Assembly: GCA_013239625.1 (NCBI GenBank)
Contig: MU053487.1
Coordinates: 124,001 to 188,000, forward strand
Length of the DNA: 64,000 nucleotides
Reading direction: 5' to 3'
Origin: Lama guanicoe
Lineage: Eukaryota
Shown piece after piece: positions 1 to 13,200 of this stretch. How positions within the stretch are numbered: position 1 is the stretch's first letter; each line of letters opens with the position of its first letter. The position numbers and the translations under genes were made by a program. The notes below the pieces were generated by a model. It did not search any database. It was not told the DNA's origin and saw only the letters and a program-made list of their open reading frames with translations.

Positions 1-3000
1 TGTGTGTCCGTAGCAGCCCTCCCGCCCAGCCATGAGTCAGACCCTAGATGGCTGCCGCCCATGGGATGCTGGGTTCTCCCTGCTTCCCTCGCTCCACCCT
101 CTCCTCCACCAGAGAACCTTCCTTTTGAAGTCAGTAGGGGAGTGGGTCACAGGCCAGGACTCTCTCCACTTCTCTGTGCCCTGCAGAACTTCCCTTTGGT
201 CCTCTCCCTCCAAGCCTAGGGTAAGTGGCGTGTGGGTGACGATGGCCCGCACAGGGCTGCGTGGTAGTGCGTAGGGGTTCCCAACCACTCTCTGAAGTTG
301 GCCTCTTTCAACTGGGGATTAAAAAGTGCCTCCACCCCCCTCCTAGCAATGTCCTCGGGGGAGAAACCCTGGGGACAGTACGATCAACATTGTCAGCCCT
401 TTGCTTGGATTGAAGGCTGTGGAATCCAGTTACTAAGTTTTTATTTCAAAGAAAAACAAACCCATCTTAAAAAAAAAAAAAAAAAAGACGAGCTGATCCC
501 TCCAAACCTACCATGAAACCCCAGCGTGCAGGCTGCACCCAGTGACCTCAACCCAGTGCCTCCCTGAGCGTGTTTCTTGGAAGAGCCTAGAAGAGTCCTG
601 GGTGGAGACCTTATGGGCTCAGCATGTGTCTGGCCTGTCTTTTGAGAACACAGGCGCCTCTGTAAACTTTTGGGGGTCTCCAAGCCCAGCCTGAGATCCC
701 TCGTTTGCCCTGTGACCCACCTGCACGTAGCCCAGCAGTTACTGGCAGGTCCCTCTGGCTGCTCCCCAAGCTGGGGAGGCTGCCTGCCGTGGGGCAAGGA
801 GCTGGGTGCAGCCCTACTGCCTCTCGGCAGCCCGGGCAGGGGCCCCACCGGAGAGGGCCTACCTGTACCCCTCTTAATGCCCAGATTTTACCTTAGCAGC
901 AAAGGGCTGAGGGAAGGTTTGTGTGTACGTACGGGTTTACACGCAACTAATTGAAGTGTTTCGGATACTGATGTTTTCCACACACTGATCTCTCCTGAGT
1001 CTGAGACTAACTCCTGCCCCTGGGATCCAGGCGAACCCCTAGCTCCGTTGTCCACAAAGGCTGCCTTAGGAAACATGGCTTTTAGGAGTTCCTACTGAAG
1101 GAAATTTGAAGAGCACAAAAATGTGATTGAAGCAAAACTCAGTGGCAAACAGAAAATGATTTGTTAGATTGTCACTGGGAAAGGGTTTATTATGACGGCG
1201 GTTGGAATAAACAGCGGCCGGTTTCTGCCAACATTTATGGAAATACCGTTTTTTAAGTTTTCAACGTGAGCTGCACACCGGAGCTCCTTCAGTTAAGGGG
1301 AAAAAAAATTTCAATACTTAAACTGTGGGGAGAAGGTGGATGGGAGCCAGCAAAAACATTCTCGTTTAATAGTGTTTGCACACGCACAGCAGCAACGTTT
1401 GTAGTGAGCCTCCGAGAAAAACCCACCACTAATCCTTCATCGCAGCTGTCTCAGCTCTTGATCGTCTGCCATCCCCCAAACAGCGACTTCTTTTTTCTGG
1501 GGACTCCAGTGTTGAATGACCCAGTGTGGCGGGTTTAAACTGTATACAAGGGCGGGGGATGGGAAGGGAAGGGTCCTTAAAGACGCCCCAGGCAGAGGTT
1601 TTGTGCGTTGGACTTCCTGTGCCCGCAGCCCAGGCAGGGCTCTTCCGCGCCCCATCCCCGTAGCACCTCGCTGGGAGGGAGGACACTAGGACAGCCCAGC
1701 TTCGCCCTCTCTGACCCACTCCTACCCTGGGAATAAGGGTCCTGGGGGCTGTGGTCTGTTCCGGACCAGAATCTTCTCTACACCCCAGTCCTATCCCACC
1801 CCCCCCCGGTATCTGGCTTCGGTGGCTTGTTGAATGAATGAGTGAGCTAAGATAATGGTGCCTCATTTTACAAGGAAAGAATGGGAAGAAATGAAGCAAT
1901 CTGGCCAACACGTTCAAGATGTGCCGCTTTTGGGTGGTGGTCGGTGGGCCAAACGACAAACATCATTGCCCTGGTCCTTCCCACCTCCCCTCCTTGGGTC
2001 GGGACAGTGGGTGACAGCCTTACTCTGGGAAATTAGAACTTGGAAAACTGTTGAAAACAAAATTTAAAAAAAAAATCATGTTAAATGTTTTCTTTTGTTT
2101 CTCCTTTACTGTTTTCTCTGTCCTCTGAGTGGGACTGTCTTAAATTAACCACACTGTCATTCTAGGACGTGTGTTGTAATGAGCTGTTTTCTCAGGTCTG
2201 TGAGGTTTCTGCTGTGCATCTGGCAAAGCAGAGTCCTCACCCCGTGACTGTTGGTCCTCATGCAGAGCAGGGATCCTGCCCAGCCAGGAGCGGGCCCAGG
2301 GCCCTCAGGAGTTGGAGGCTCATTCCTTTTCCCCAGGAAGGTTCTCTTTCAGAGATGTGGGATCCCACTAGGGGAAACATTTGGAATCCAGGGCTTGCTT
2401 GGGATCTGATGAGCTGGTCTCTTGCCGCCAAAGTCTGAGAAGTGACAAAGTATTTACAAAGTATGTACTGTTTCAAACAAGGACCCAAAGCCTCCAGGCA
2501 TGACTGCCAACGGCTACCATGCTCCATGCCTGTCACCCAAGGACCAGCAAAGAGAAAGACAAGCGTAGAAGGAGGCAGGTGGAAAGGGTGAGGAACCACC
2601 CAGGGCATTGCCAGAGCTACAGCACAGAGAGTTCACACATCAGCTCTTTGAAGAGGACGGGGAGGACCCAGGGATTCTGTTGGTGTTACCCACAAATTCC
2701 AGAGGATACAGTGGGAAAGCTTGGGCTGAGCTGGAGTGGTGGAGTGGGGGTAAGAGTCTGCACGTCACTGGACTTGTTAGGTCCAGATCCCTTGAAGCAA
2801 AGCATCTCTCAAGTGATGGAGTGCTCTCAGGAGAAGGGCATGGAGAGGCAGGAACCAGCAGGGGTGTGGTCTCATTGGAGACCAGCCTCAGCCTGATCCC
2901 ATGAGAGCTCTCCCACCTGGAGGCAGGGAGGCCAGCCTTCTGTATGCCTGTGTCAGTGAGTCATTGCTGCATGAAGGCTGCTGGAGTGGGTGGGGTGGGG

Positions 3001-3524
3001 GACCAACTTATAGGTGAGGGGCCTCCCATTAGGCTGAGGACAATTCTCTGGGTAAGAAGGATACACTTATGCATCTATGGGCATTTAAGCAGCCAACAGG
3101 GCCGTAGGAGGATGGGTTCACCTGGCAAGTGAAGGGGACCTAGTGGGGCACCAAAAGTGTCCACCACCCTGGGTGGCTCAGGAGGAGTCATGCATGGTGT
3201 CCGCAGAGGGAAAGCGGGACATGAGGCAGATGGGATGGGTGCTGACCGTCCCTGAGCTGGATTTCTCCACTCGCCTCTCCAGATCCCTTTTCCACCTTGC
3301 CCTGAGCCCCAGGGTCCTGACCCCGATGGTGGACAATGCCTGGGCTCCCTCACCCTCGGCCACTGACTGCTGGGACTTGCTGCTAAGAGACTGCAGGGTG
3401 AGAGAGGAGGTCTAGGTCTTTAAAATCCTTGCCTCCTGCAGGCCATGGCTGGACAGTGGCTGTGCTCTCTCTGACTGTCCCATCCTTTAGGAGAAGGGAG
3501 GCAATCGGCTCTGGTCTCTTGGGC

Positions 3525-3625
3525 CGGTGCTTCTCACACTTGACCACGCCTGCCTGTCACCGGCATCTTGGCAAATGCAGAGTCTGATTTAGCAGGTCTG
3601 GGGTGGGGCCTGAGATTATGCATTT
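3525..3625 (+). mobile_element. MER5A-like hAT-Charlie MITE, left part (split by an L1 insertion)
   Basis: gtgcttctcacactt...aaatgcagagtctgatttagcaggtctggggtggggcctgagattatgcattt resembles the recalled MER5A consensus and resumes at 5120. Confidence 0.7.
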
Positions 3626-5119
3626 TTTGGTGTTCTTAGTTTCTTATTTTTTAAACAACTTTATTATAGTATGATTCCTGTACAGTAAACTATACATATT
3701 TCAGATGTACAATTTGAATTTTGATAGATCTTTACACCAATGAAACCACTGCCACAATCAATATACCTAACATTTCCATCACTCCCCAAGAGATGCAAAA
3801 TTTGAATTCCCAGTTTATCCCTTCCCACTCTCTTCCCCTCCTGGTAACCATGAGTCTGCTCTCTATGTCTGCGAGTCTGTTTCTGTTCTGTAAATAAGTT
3901 CATTTTTTTAGTTCACTTTTTTTTTAGATTCCACATATAAGTGACATTACATGACATTTTTCTTTCTCTTTCTGGCTTACTTCACTTAGAATGACGATCT
4001 CCAGGTCCATCCATGTTGCTGCAAATGGTATTATTTTATTCTTTTTTATGGCTGAGTAGTATTCCACATATAGATACCACATCTTTATCCAGTTACCTGT
4101 TGATGGGCATTTAGGTTGTTTCCATGTCTTGGCCATTGTAAATAGTGCTGCTATGAACACTGGGGTACATGCGTCTTTTCAAATTATATTTTTCTCCAGA
4201 TAAATGCCCAGGAGTGGGATTGCTGTATCGCATGGTAAGTTTATTTTTAGCTTTTTAAGGAACCTCCATACTGTTCTCCATAGTGGCTGCACCAATTTAC
4301 ATTCCCACCAGCAGTGTAGGAGGGTTCCCTTTTCTCCACACCCTCTCCAGCATTTATTGTTTGCGGACTTTTGAATGATGGCCATTCTGACTGGTGTGAG
4401 GTGTTACCTCTTTGTAGTTTTGATTTGCATTTCTCTAACGATCAGTGATGTTGAGCATCTTTTCATGTGCCTGTTGGCCATCTGTATGTCTTCTTTGAAG
4501 AGATGTCTGTTTAGGTCTTCTGCCCACTTTTTGATTGGGTTGCTTTTTTGATATTAAGCTGTATGAGCTGTTTGTATATTTTGGAAGTTAGTCCCTTGTT
4601 GGTCACATCATTTGCAAATATTTTCTCCCATTCTATAGGTTGTCTTTTTGTTTTGTTTATGATATCCTTAGCTGTGCAAAAACTTTTAAATTTAATTAGC
4701 TCCCATTTGTTTATTTTTACTTTTATTTCTATTACTCCAGCAGCTGGTTCAAACAAAATATTGCTGTGATTTATGTCAAAGAGTGTTCTGCCTATGTGTT
4801 CCTCTAGGAGTTTTATAGTATCTGGTCTTACATTTAGGTCTTTAATCCATTTTGAGTTTATTTTTGTATAAGGTGTTAGAAAGTGTTCTAATTTTGGTCT
4901 TTTACAGGTAACTGTCCAGTTTTCCCAGCACCACTTACTGAAGAGACTGTCCTCTCTCCATTGTGTATTCCTGCCTCCTTTGTTGTAGATTAATTGAGTG
5001 CGTGGGTTTATCTCTGGACTTTCTATATTGTTCCATTGACCTATGTGTCTGGTTTTATGCCGATACCATACTGTTCTAATTACTGTAGCTTTGTAGACTA
5101 GTCTGAAATGATGATTTAG
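3626..5119 (-). mobile_element. 5'-truncated LINE-1 (ORF2 C-terminal part and 3' UTR) with an atypical 3' end
   Basis: Minus ORFs 4511-4756, 4179-4385 ([19 protein letters not shown]) and 3924-4160 are L1 ORF2 C-terminal peptides. Flanked by gattatgcattt (3614-3625) and gattctgcattt (5120-5131). Confidence 0.92.
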
Positions 5120-5195
5120 GATTCTGCATTTCTAACATATTCCTACATGGTGTCTGTGCTGCTGGCCTGGGAACCACATTTTGAGCAGCAAGGTC
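5120..5195 (+). mobile_element. MER5A-like MITE, right part
   Basis: gattctgcatttctaaca...tgctgctggcctgggaaccacattttgagcagca continues the element interrupted at 3625. Confidence 0.7.
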
Positions 5196-5458
5196 CTGGG
5201 TTTTTTTTGTTGTAGTGGGAGGCATGGTCTCTGGTTGTGGGAGGAAGGTAGAGGGAGGGGGAGGAGCTCTGCAGATGCCCCTGAAATCCTGCTGCAGGAG
5301 GCAATGTGGCTGAGACTGAGGCTTAGAAAGGGTGGTCTTAGATACAGCAAGTGTTAAGACATTATTTTCAAAATTACTAGAGGATCTTTTTTTTTTTTTC
5401 AGAAAGAACTATTGTGACATAACTCAGATATAAAATACACTAACTGTTTGGGGAAATA

Positions 5459-5464
5459 TTTATT
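5459..5464 (-). terminator. SUSD5: Candidate SUSD5 polyadenylation signal AATAAA (second candidate at 5672-5677)
   Basis: tttatt on plus reads AATAAA on minus, about 2.2 kb past the stop codon, followed on minus by GT/T-rich sequence (gttagtgtattttatatctgagttatgt). Confidence 0.55.
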
Positions 5465-6497
5465 TTAAATATCTCAGAAGCTTTGTGTTAATGGATCTCC
5501 CCACAAATTTTCATGAGCATGAAACATTTACCTGTCTCAAAACATGCATAACAACATACAATTTAAGTTTACAGTGTTTTAATCATTCCCTTTCTATGTG
5601 TATTTTTAGATCCTCTAACATTAGTTTAGGTAACACCAAATCAGTAAAATCTTAAAAACGGGTGTATCAGGTTTATTTAGCATTTCTACCAAATACCACA
5701 TTTCCATGTACTAATGTATTTGTAACACATTTATGAATACATTTGTATTAATATTACCTATTTTTGTGTTGATATTAAGTCAGCGTTCCTGGGTTATTAT
5801 GTAACAGTTGGATGACATGACCCCCGATGTTGAAATGGAGGTTATGTTGCAGGTTGTTTCTAAAGGGAGGAAAGTTATCTTGTACTAGATTAGAAAAGTA
5901 TCTAGTCATAAATATATACACTCTCCGGCTTTTCTTTTGTTGTGTTTGGCTTTGGTTACGTGTAGAAAGCATTTCGTTCCTGTTGTTCTAGGTTTTCGTC
6001 GGACGCATAGGTATTCCATTAGTGCCCTCCCGCCTTCATTTACTCAGGAATGGGGACTGAGCTCTTTGACTATGCTGGACTGTCTTTGCACTATTTAGCT
6101 TATTTTTCCAAAGCTTGCACCCCCCTGCCCCCCAAAAGTGGCCGGGTACAAAACATGTGGGAAGTCTCTTTTTCTTTAGGTAAAACACCATTAACACAAT
6201 TTTTCCATTGTAAATCGGGACACTTAGACTCCTAGTGTCTCAAAATCAATGTGTTGCCTCCATCCCTTTTTACCACTGAAAACCATTTTTAAGAAGGTGA
6301 TTCACATTGGGCAAACAGAATGTGTTTTGTTTCTGGGCTGATACATAGGAGACCATTGGAGATGGTATTTCGGCAGCCTTAACTGGCACCTCGGGCACAG
6401 CATCCCTGACGTCTGTGCAGGACAGACCCCAGGTGTTGCTCGTCTGTGCCTCTAGGGCCTCAGGCAGCCTCCAAGCTCAAACTTTGTTGCCATTAAA

Positions 6498-6672
6498 CCA
6501 GTGGTTCTCAATCTTGAGTGCGCGTCAGAGTCACCTGGTTCAAACACAGAGCGCTGGCCCCACCCCCAGGGTCTCTGCTTTGTCTGGGGTGGAACCAGAG
6601 AATTTACATCTCCAGCAAGTTCCCAGGTGATGTTGGTGTCACTGGTCTGAGGACCACGCTTGGAAAACTACT
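6498..6672 (+). mobile_element. MER5A-like MITE inside the probable SUSD5 3' UTR
   Basis: cagtggttctcaa...gagtcacctgg...ggccccacccccag...caagttcccaggtgatg...gaccacgcttggaaaactactg; the ends are imperfect inverted repeats. Confidence 0.75.
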
Positions 6673-7686
6673 GTCCCAAACAGGCCTTGCTGGCCACCGT
6701 GAGCCGGGTCTCCCAATGGCCAGGGTGAGTCCACCCTGCACTCAGGCTATTTCCACAGCACTTACCGATCGGCACGTCATTTCACATTCCTTTTTAATTC
6801 CTCTGCTTCTGCTTCAAGTAAGTACCCATGCTTGATATCCTAGTCCTTGGCCCTCTTAAAACATTGTTTTTCCCTCCTATGTCGTCCCTCCTCCTGGGAG
6901 TTCAGAGAAATGGTTAATCCTGAGAAAGGAAACCAAGGACTGAGTTTTGTTAGTCCTGGCAAAAACTCTAAGGCACTCCTAGACACAGACTGGTCTAAGA
7001 CAACCAGGACGCTGCTTCTGAGGAAACGGTGCCTGCCGGGACAAAGCTAACCTGTCTTTAAAAAAAAAATGATGCGCCATCTTGCAGAATAGCAGGAAAG
7101 GGGTGGACATGTGTCCCACATCCCCTTCCCCCAACAAAATGTCAGCCTTCAGTTCTTTCCAATTTCAACAAACAGTTAAAAAGAAATCTCATCTAGACTG
7201 TGTCCTGGTCTTTGGCTCGTTTGCCCACAGCGACATCGTGACACTAAAAGGCAATAATCCATTATTCTTCTCTCGGCCACTCCCAACACTGCTCTCTGAT
7301 GCTCCGTGTGTCACGCCTACTTCAACAATTTCAGGTCATGGAGTCAGTCATTTTCTGCCTTAAAAAAAAAAAAAGCAAAGTAGACAACAGAAGTGAGTGT
7401 CGACCTCAGTCTGGAATTAGAGCCAAGCTCGGGCTGGGATGAGCGCCACGGGTCACAGGGCAGACGGTCGGGGAGATACTGACACATGTGATGATGCCAC
7501 CGAAGCCTCCCTGCCCTGCCAGGGGCCTCGGGAGACGCTTCTCAGCCTCTTAAACAAAGACCTGAGACAAAGAGGATGAGCCTCACTCCCCATTTCCTGC
7601 TCTCGTGAACCATCCGTGTTTCTCAAGGGGACGTGTCACAGTTTCTTCTCCTCCCCAGTGGCTCTGGGGGTGCCCAGCCCAGGTGG

Positions 7687-9012
<1,326 letters not shown>

Positions 9013-9059
9013 TCATTAGGTCCCAGGTCCCAGAGCCAGTGTGGAACAGAGGAAAGGGA

Positions 9060-10300
9060 ACCATAAAGCACAGGACTGGAACAAAAGAAATAAAACTGCT
9101 GTTCCCAGGGGCTATGACCGCATCACAGATAAATGCAAAGAACCTACAACACAAATGGTTACAATTAACATGTGAGTTTATCAAGGACACTGGGGCAAGG
9201 ACAGTCAATATACAGCATCAACTGTATTTCTATACACCAACAATAAACAGAAAATAAAAATTTTAAAAGATGCCATTAGCCATTGCATAAAAAAAAAAAT
9301 CAAACTCCTAGGAATAAATCTAACAAGAGAGGTGCAAGATTTCTACATGGAATGGTAGAAAGTATTGCTGAGCAAAATTAAAGAAGACCTGGGGTGGGGA
9401 GTGGGGTGGAGGGAAATAGCTCAGTGGTAGAGTGCGTGCTTAGCATGCATGAGGTCCTGGGTTCCATCCCCAGTACCTACATTAAAAAAAAAATTAACGA
9501 AGACCTAAATAATGAAGAGCTATCCCATGATTGTATAACGGAAGGCTCAAAATTGTCAAGTTGTCAATCCTGCCCAAATTGATCTACGTCGATTTAACAC
9601 AATCCTAATAAGTATCTCAGACATTGACAAGCTGATGCTAAAATGTATGGAAATGCAAAGGCCCAGGAATAGACCAGGCAATCGTGAAAAAGGAGAGAAA
9701 AGCTGGAGGATGTACAACGCAAGGTTTCAAGGTTTACTGTAAAGCTGGAGTACTTTTTAAGACTGCGTGTGGTATTGGCACAAAGATAATTGAATTACAT
9801 TAGCTTTAAGAACTTCTGTTCATCCAAAGCCACCATGAAAGAGAATTAAAATGGAAGCCACAGCGTTGAAGATAATTGCAACACAAATTACCTCCAGAAA
9901 TTAGAAAGAACTCCTACAAATCAATAATAAATAGGCAGACAAACCACAGAAGAGTTGGCAAGATACCTGAATCAGCACATCACACAGACCAAAAGATATC
10001 TAGTCATTAAACACGTAGAAAGATGGCCAACCTCATTCATCAGAGAGAAATGCTAATCACAGCCATAATGAGACGTCATTACATAGCACCAGATTGGCTG
10101 AAATTAAGTAGACCGACAGTCTCTGGTGTTAACAAGGAAGTGTGGCCCCGCCGATGCCCCAGAGCAAAGCCATTCCACTCCTAGGTCTGCACGTGGGCAC
10201 CAAAGACACACACAACCATGTTCTTAACAACCCAAACCTGGACACACCTCCAATGGCCGTCGACTGCAGAGCTGCTACACACAAACTTTTTTTTTAATTA
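9060..10300 (+). mobile_element. Old degraded LINE-1 (L1M-type) ORF2 3' fragments
   Basis: A-rich L1-like motifs (aaataaaactg, ctaggaataaatctaacaa, gtggtattggcacaaagata, ccattccactcctaggt); no open frame. Confidence 0.75.
9391..9489 (+). mobile_element. tRNA-Ala-derived SINE (camelid vic-1-like) inserted in L1
   Basis: tagctcagtggtagagtgcgtgcttagcatgcatgaggtcctgggttccatccccagtacct plus A tail. TSD aaaattaa(a/c)gaagacct at 9374-9390 and 9490-9506. Confidence 0.9.
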
Positions 10301-11699
10301 AAAAAGACTCTTCTGCAGCACTGCAGAGGAAATGATAATTTTTGCAGAACAATATACATGTGCCAGTTGTCTCCCAGAAGTTCTGCTCTCCAGGATGAAT
10401 GTGCCTGTGTTCTCAGCTAGAACACAGTCCCCTTTCACGGTGGGGAAGGCAGGAAGCGGGTCTCTCCAAGACCGTTTTTCCTCAAGAAGCTTTCAGCCGC
10501 TGGAAATCGCAGGCCATTACCTCACACGCAGCCTGCAGCAGAAGGCCTCCCACCACACGGTGTTTTCCTGGGGCGTGTTTCTTCGTTGCCTCATCGCAGC
10601 CCCGAGACACCAAACCATCAAGCACCCACAAGTGGTTCCATGGAACTCTGGTCAATTCTTGTTAAATTCTGACCCTGCATTCATTTTCTTTCAGGTCATC
10701 AACGGTAAACCGTTGGGTATGAATAAGCTAAAGGAATGAATATTTGCACACAGATTTGCTGGAGGGAAAGCCAGCCGGGAGCCCGAGTGAAGGTGGGCAG
10801 TGGAGTGGGAGCGGTCCCCTGCTATCCTCCCAGGCCAGCTCCTTATAACCCCAAGCAGATGCCAAGACGGACATGGCCCTGGGTAAACAGAATGCCACCC
10901 GCGTAGCCCACAGGGATGCTCAGAAACCCTCTAGGGCCTTGACAAGTCCCTGGAACCTCTGCGTGGCTTTTTCCCTGTCTCTCCTCCCGACACCGCGTGT
11001 TCCGGTTCCATCGGCTCCAGTTCCACGTGTGCTTTGCTCCTCTGACTGCCCCTCCCCCGGTTCTGCTTTCTCTTTCTTCTGCCTCATTCTGGACACGCCA
11101 GACCCCTGGAGGCTGTTCTCAGGGGTTGTAAGCACAAGTCACTTTATCACCAGGTAGATCACATGCCACACTTGAAGATATGTAAGCGCTCCAGCTGAAA
11201 CTGCATCACATAGTTTCTATCCCCCCTTCATATTATAATAAGGAAAGTCCACTATAAATTTTAGAAAACATGCTCACACACACCACTAGGCTTGCTGAAT
11301 AGCAATTTTAAGATAACTAAACATTAGGAAAACAAATTTTTACCAGTAATAATCACACATGGAAAGGGGCATAATGTACGGTGATAAATCTCAAAAACTA
11401 GTTACCGAGAAGAGAAACAGAGGGTTCTGGAGCAGAACAGAAAAGGGCAGCATGGTGCAGCTCCTAACCCGACCTCACCCTGTAAACACTGTCCTGGGTG
11501 TCAAATCCCAGGGAGATGCAACGTAGGGGGAGAGACAGACCAGTAACCAGCAGGGCTGAGTCTTCCTGATGGGATCCATGATGCCGGGACTTCACGGTGC
11601 GCAGGTGAGGGAAACCTTGATACAGGACATTTAACATCGTTTCCGAAGAGAAAGCGGAGCCCAGATATTTAAAACCAAACAGACAGACACACAAAATCA

Positions 11700-13200
11700 A
11701 AACTACAGGCCACTTCAGCTGAATTGTCCCCTTTCAGCTGCTTTTCCCTCCTCTGGGTGAAAGGAAGATGCATGTAAAAGGCAAGGAAACCAACTTGGAA
11801 GAAATAATAATTCAAGGAACAGAATGCATTTCTTACAATTGCTTGACACTTACAGGACTTAATGAGAACGAGTGCAACAAAACAAAAGCTCAAAGGCGAG
11901 GTAACAGAATAACAGAATGAAGGGGTGATTTTAAACTTCAGGAATCAAACTGAGGACCAATGGAATGTCACAACAGAACTGATAACTAAATTAGAAACTG
12001 CAAGGAACAGAACAGACTGAGAAGTTCACAAAACTGAGAGAGATGGAGGCATTGCAAACCTCAAGCAGAGTAAATTCACAGAAAATGACACAGAGGCACA
12101 CCAAATTAAAACTGTTAAAAACCAAAGACGGAGAAAAAGTTAAAAACAGCCAGAGAAAGCAGACATATAACCTTCAAAAACAAGCAACAGTGAGATGCAG
12201 AGCTGACTTTCAAAAGAAATAATAACACATTGTAAACTGACTCTACTTCAGTTTTATACACACACACATACACACACAAAAAGAAGCAATGAAAGCCAGA
12301 AGACAGTAGGATAATATCTTCAAAGTGTTCGAAGAAAAGAAATACTAACTTGGAATTCTTAACTCTGAAAAATCTCCTCAAGGAAGCTCAGAGATGCCGG
12401 AGGACAGAGCAATGAAACAGTAAATACAAGGGTCGGGGGACAAGTCTAAGTGAACATCGCCTTCCTAAAGCAAATACACACACGTTGATTATTCAAAACA
12501 CTTGACAAGAGCATAGGAAATGAGAGGAGGTAAAGAAAGTGTTTAAATTATCCAGGAAGTGGTAAAAAGTAGTAATTTATATTAGATGTTGGTAAGTCAA
12601 AGGTGCCTGTTATAATTTACAGAGTAACCACCAAAAGAAGAGTAACAGAATGTATTAGAATATAAGACCGGGAGTAAATGTAATCATTTAAAAATGCTTA
12701 GTCTTTCCAAAAGAATGCAGGAGAGCAGAATAAAGAACAAAAAACAGGTGGGACAGAGAGAAAACAAACAAAAAGACAGTAACTTTAAACCTGCTTACAT
12801 GTAAAATATCCAATTGGTTACATGGTGCTTTTAAGAGATACACTTTAATTGTAAGTATACAGGGAAGTTGAAAGTAAAAGAATGAAACAAAATGCCATAT
12901 AAAGCCTAACCAGCAAAGACTTTACAGCAAAACACATTTACTAGAGCTAAACTGAAATGTTTCAGTTCACCAGGAAGATAATAAATTCTAAGTCTCTATA
13001 TACTTAACACAGCCTCAAAATACAGGAATCCAAAATATATCAACTGAAAGGAGAAATCAATACATTTGTGATCACAGAGGGGTGTTTTAACCGTCTCTCT
13101 CCTCAACAAAGAGAGTGTAAGTAGACAAAAAGGTAAGAATATGTATCTGAAAAACATGCTTAAGAAATCTGACCTACCTGACCTCTGTAGACCACATCCA
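11700..13200 (+). mobile_element. Old LINE-1 fragments (ORF1, inter-ORF, start of ORF2)
   Basis: A-rich; aatgaaagccagaagacagtaggataatatcttcaaagtg, gtaaccaccaaaaga, ttcaccaggaagatataaattcta; heavily degraded. Confidence 0.65.

Larger units (their letters stand above)
5440..7686 (-). other. SUSD5: Probable SUSD5 3' UTR
   Basis: Lies between the TAG stop (7687-7689) and the candidate poly(A) signal. The 3' end is inferred. Confidence 0.55.

Noticed and set aside
1..1100. CRTAP coding sequence expected from synteny
   Set aside because: No CRTAP-like peptide in any listed frame; at most 3' UTR or downstream sequence, which cannot be shown from this window.
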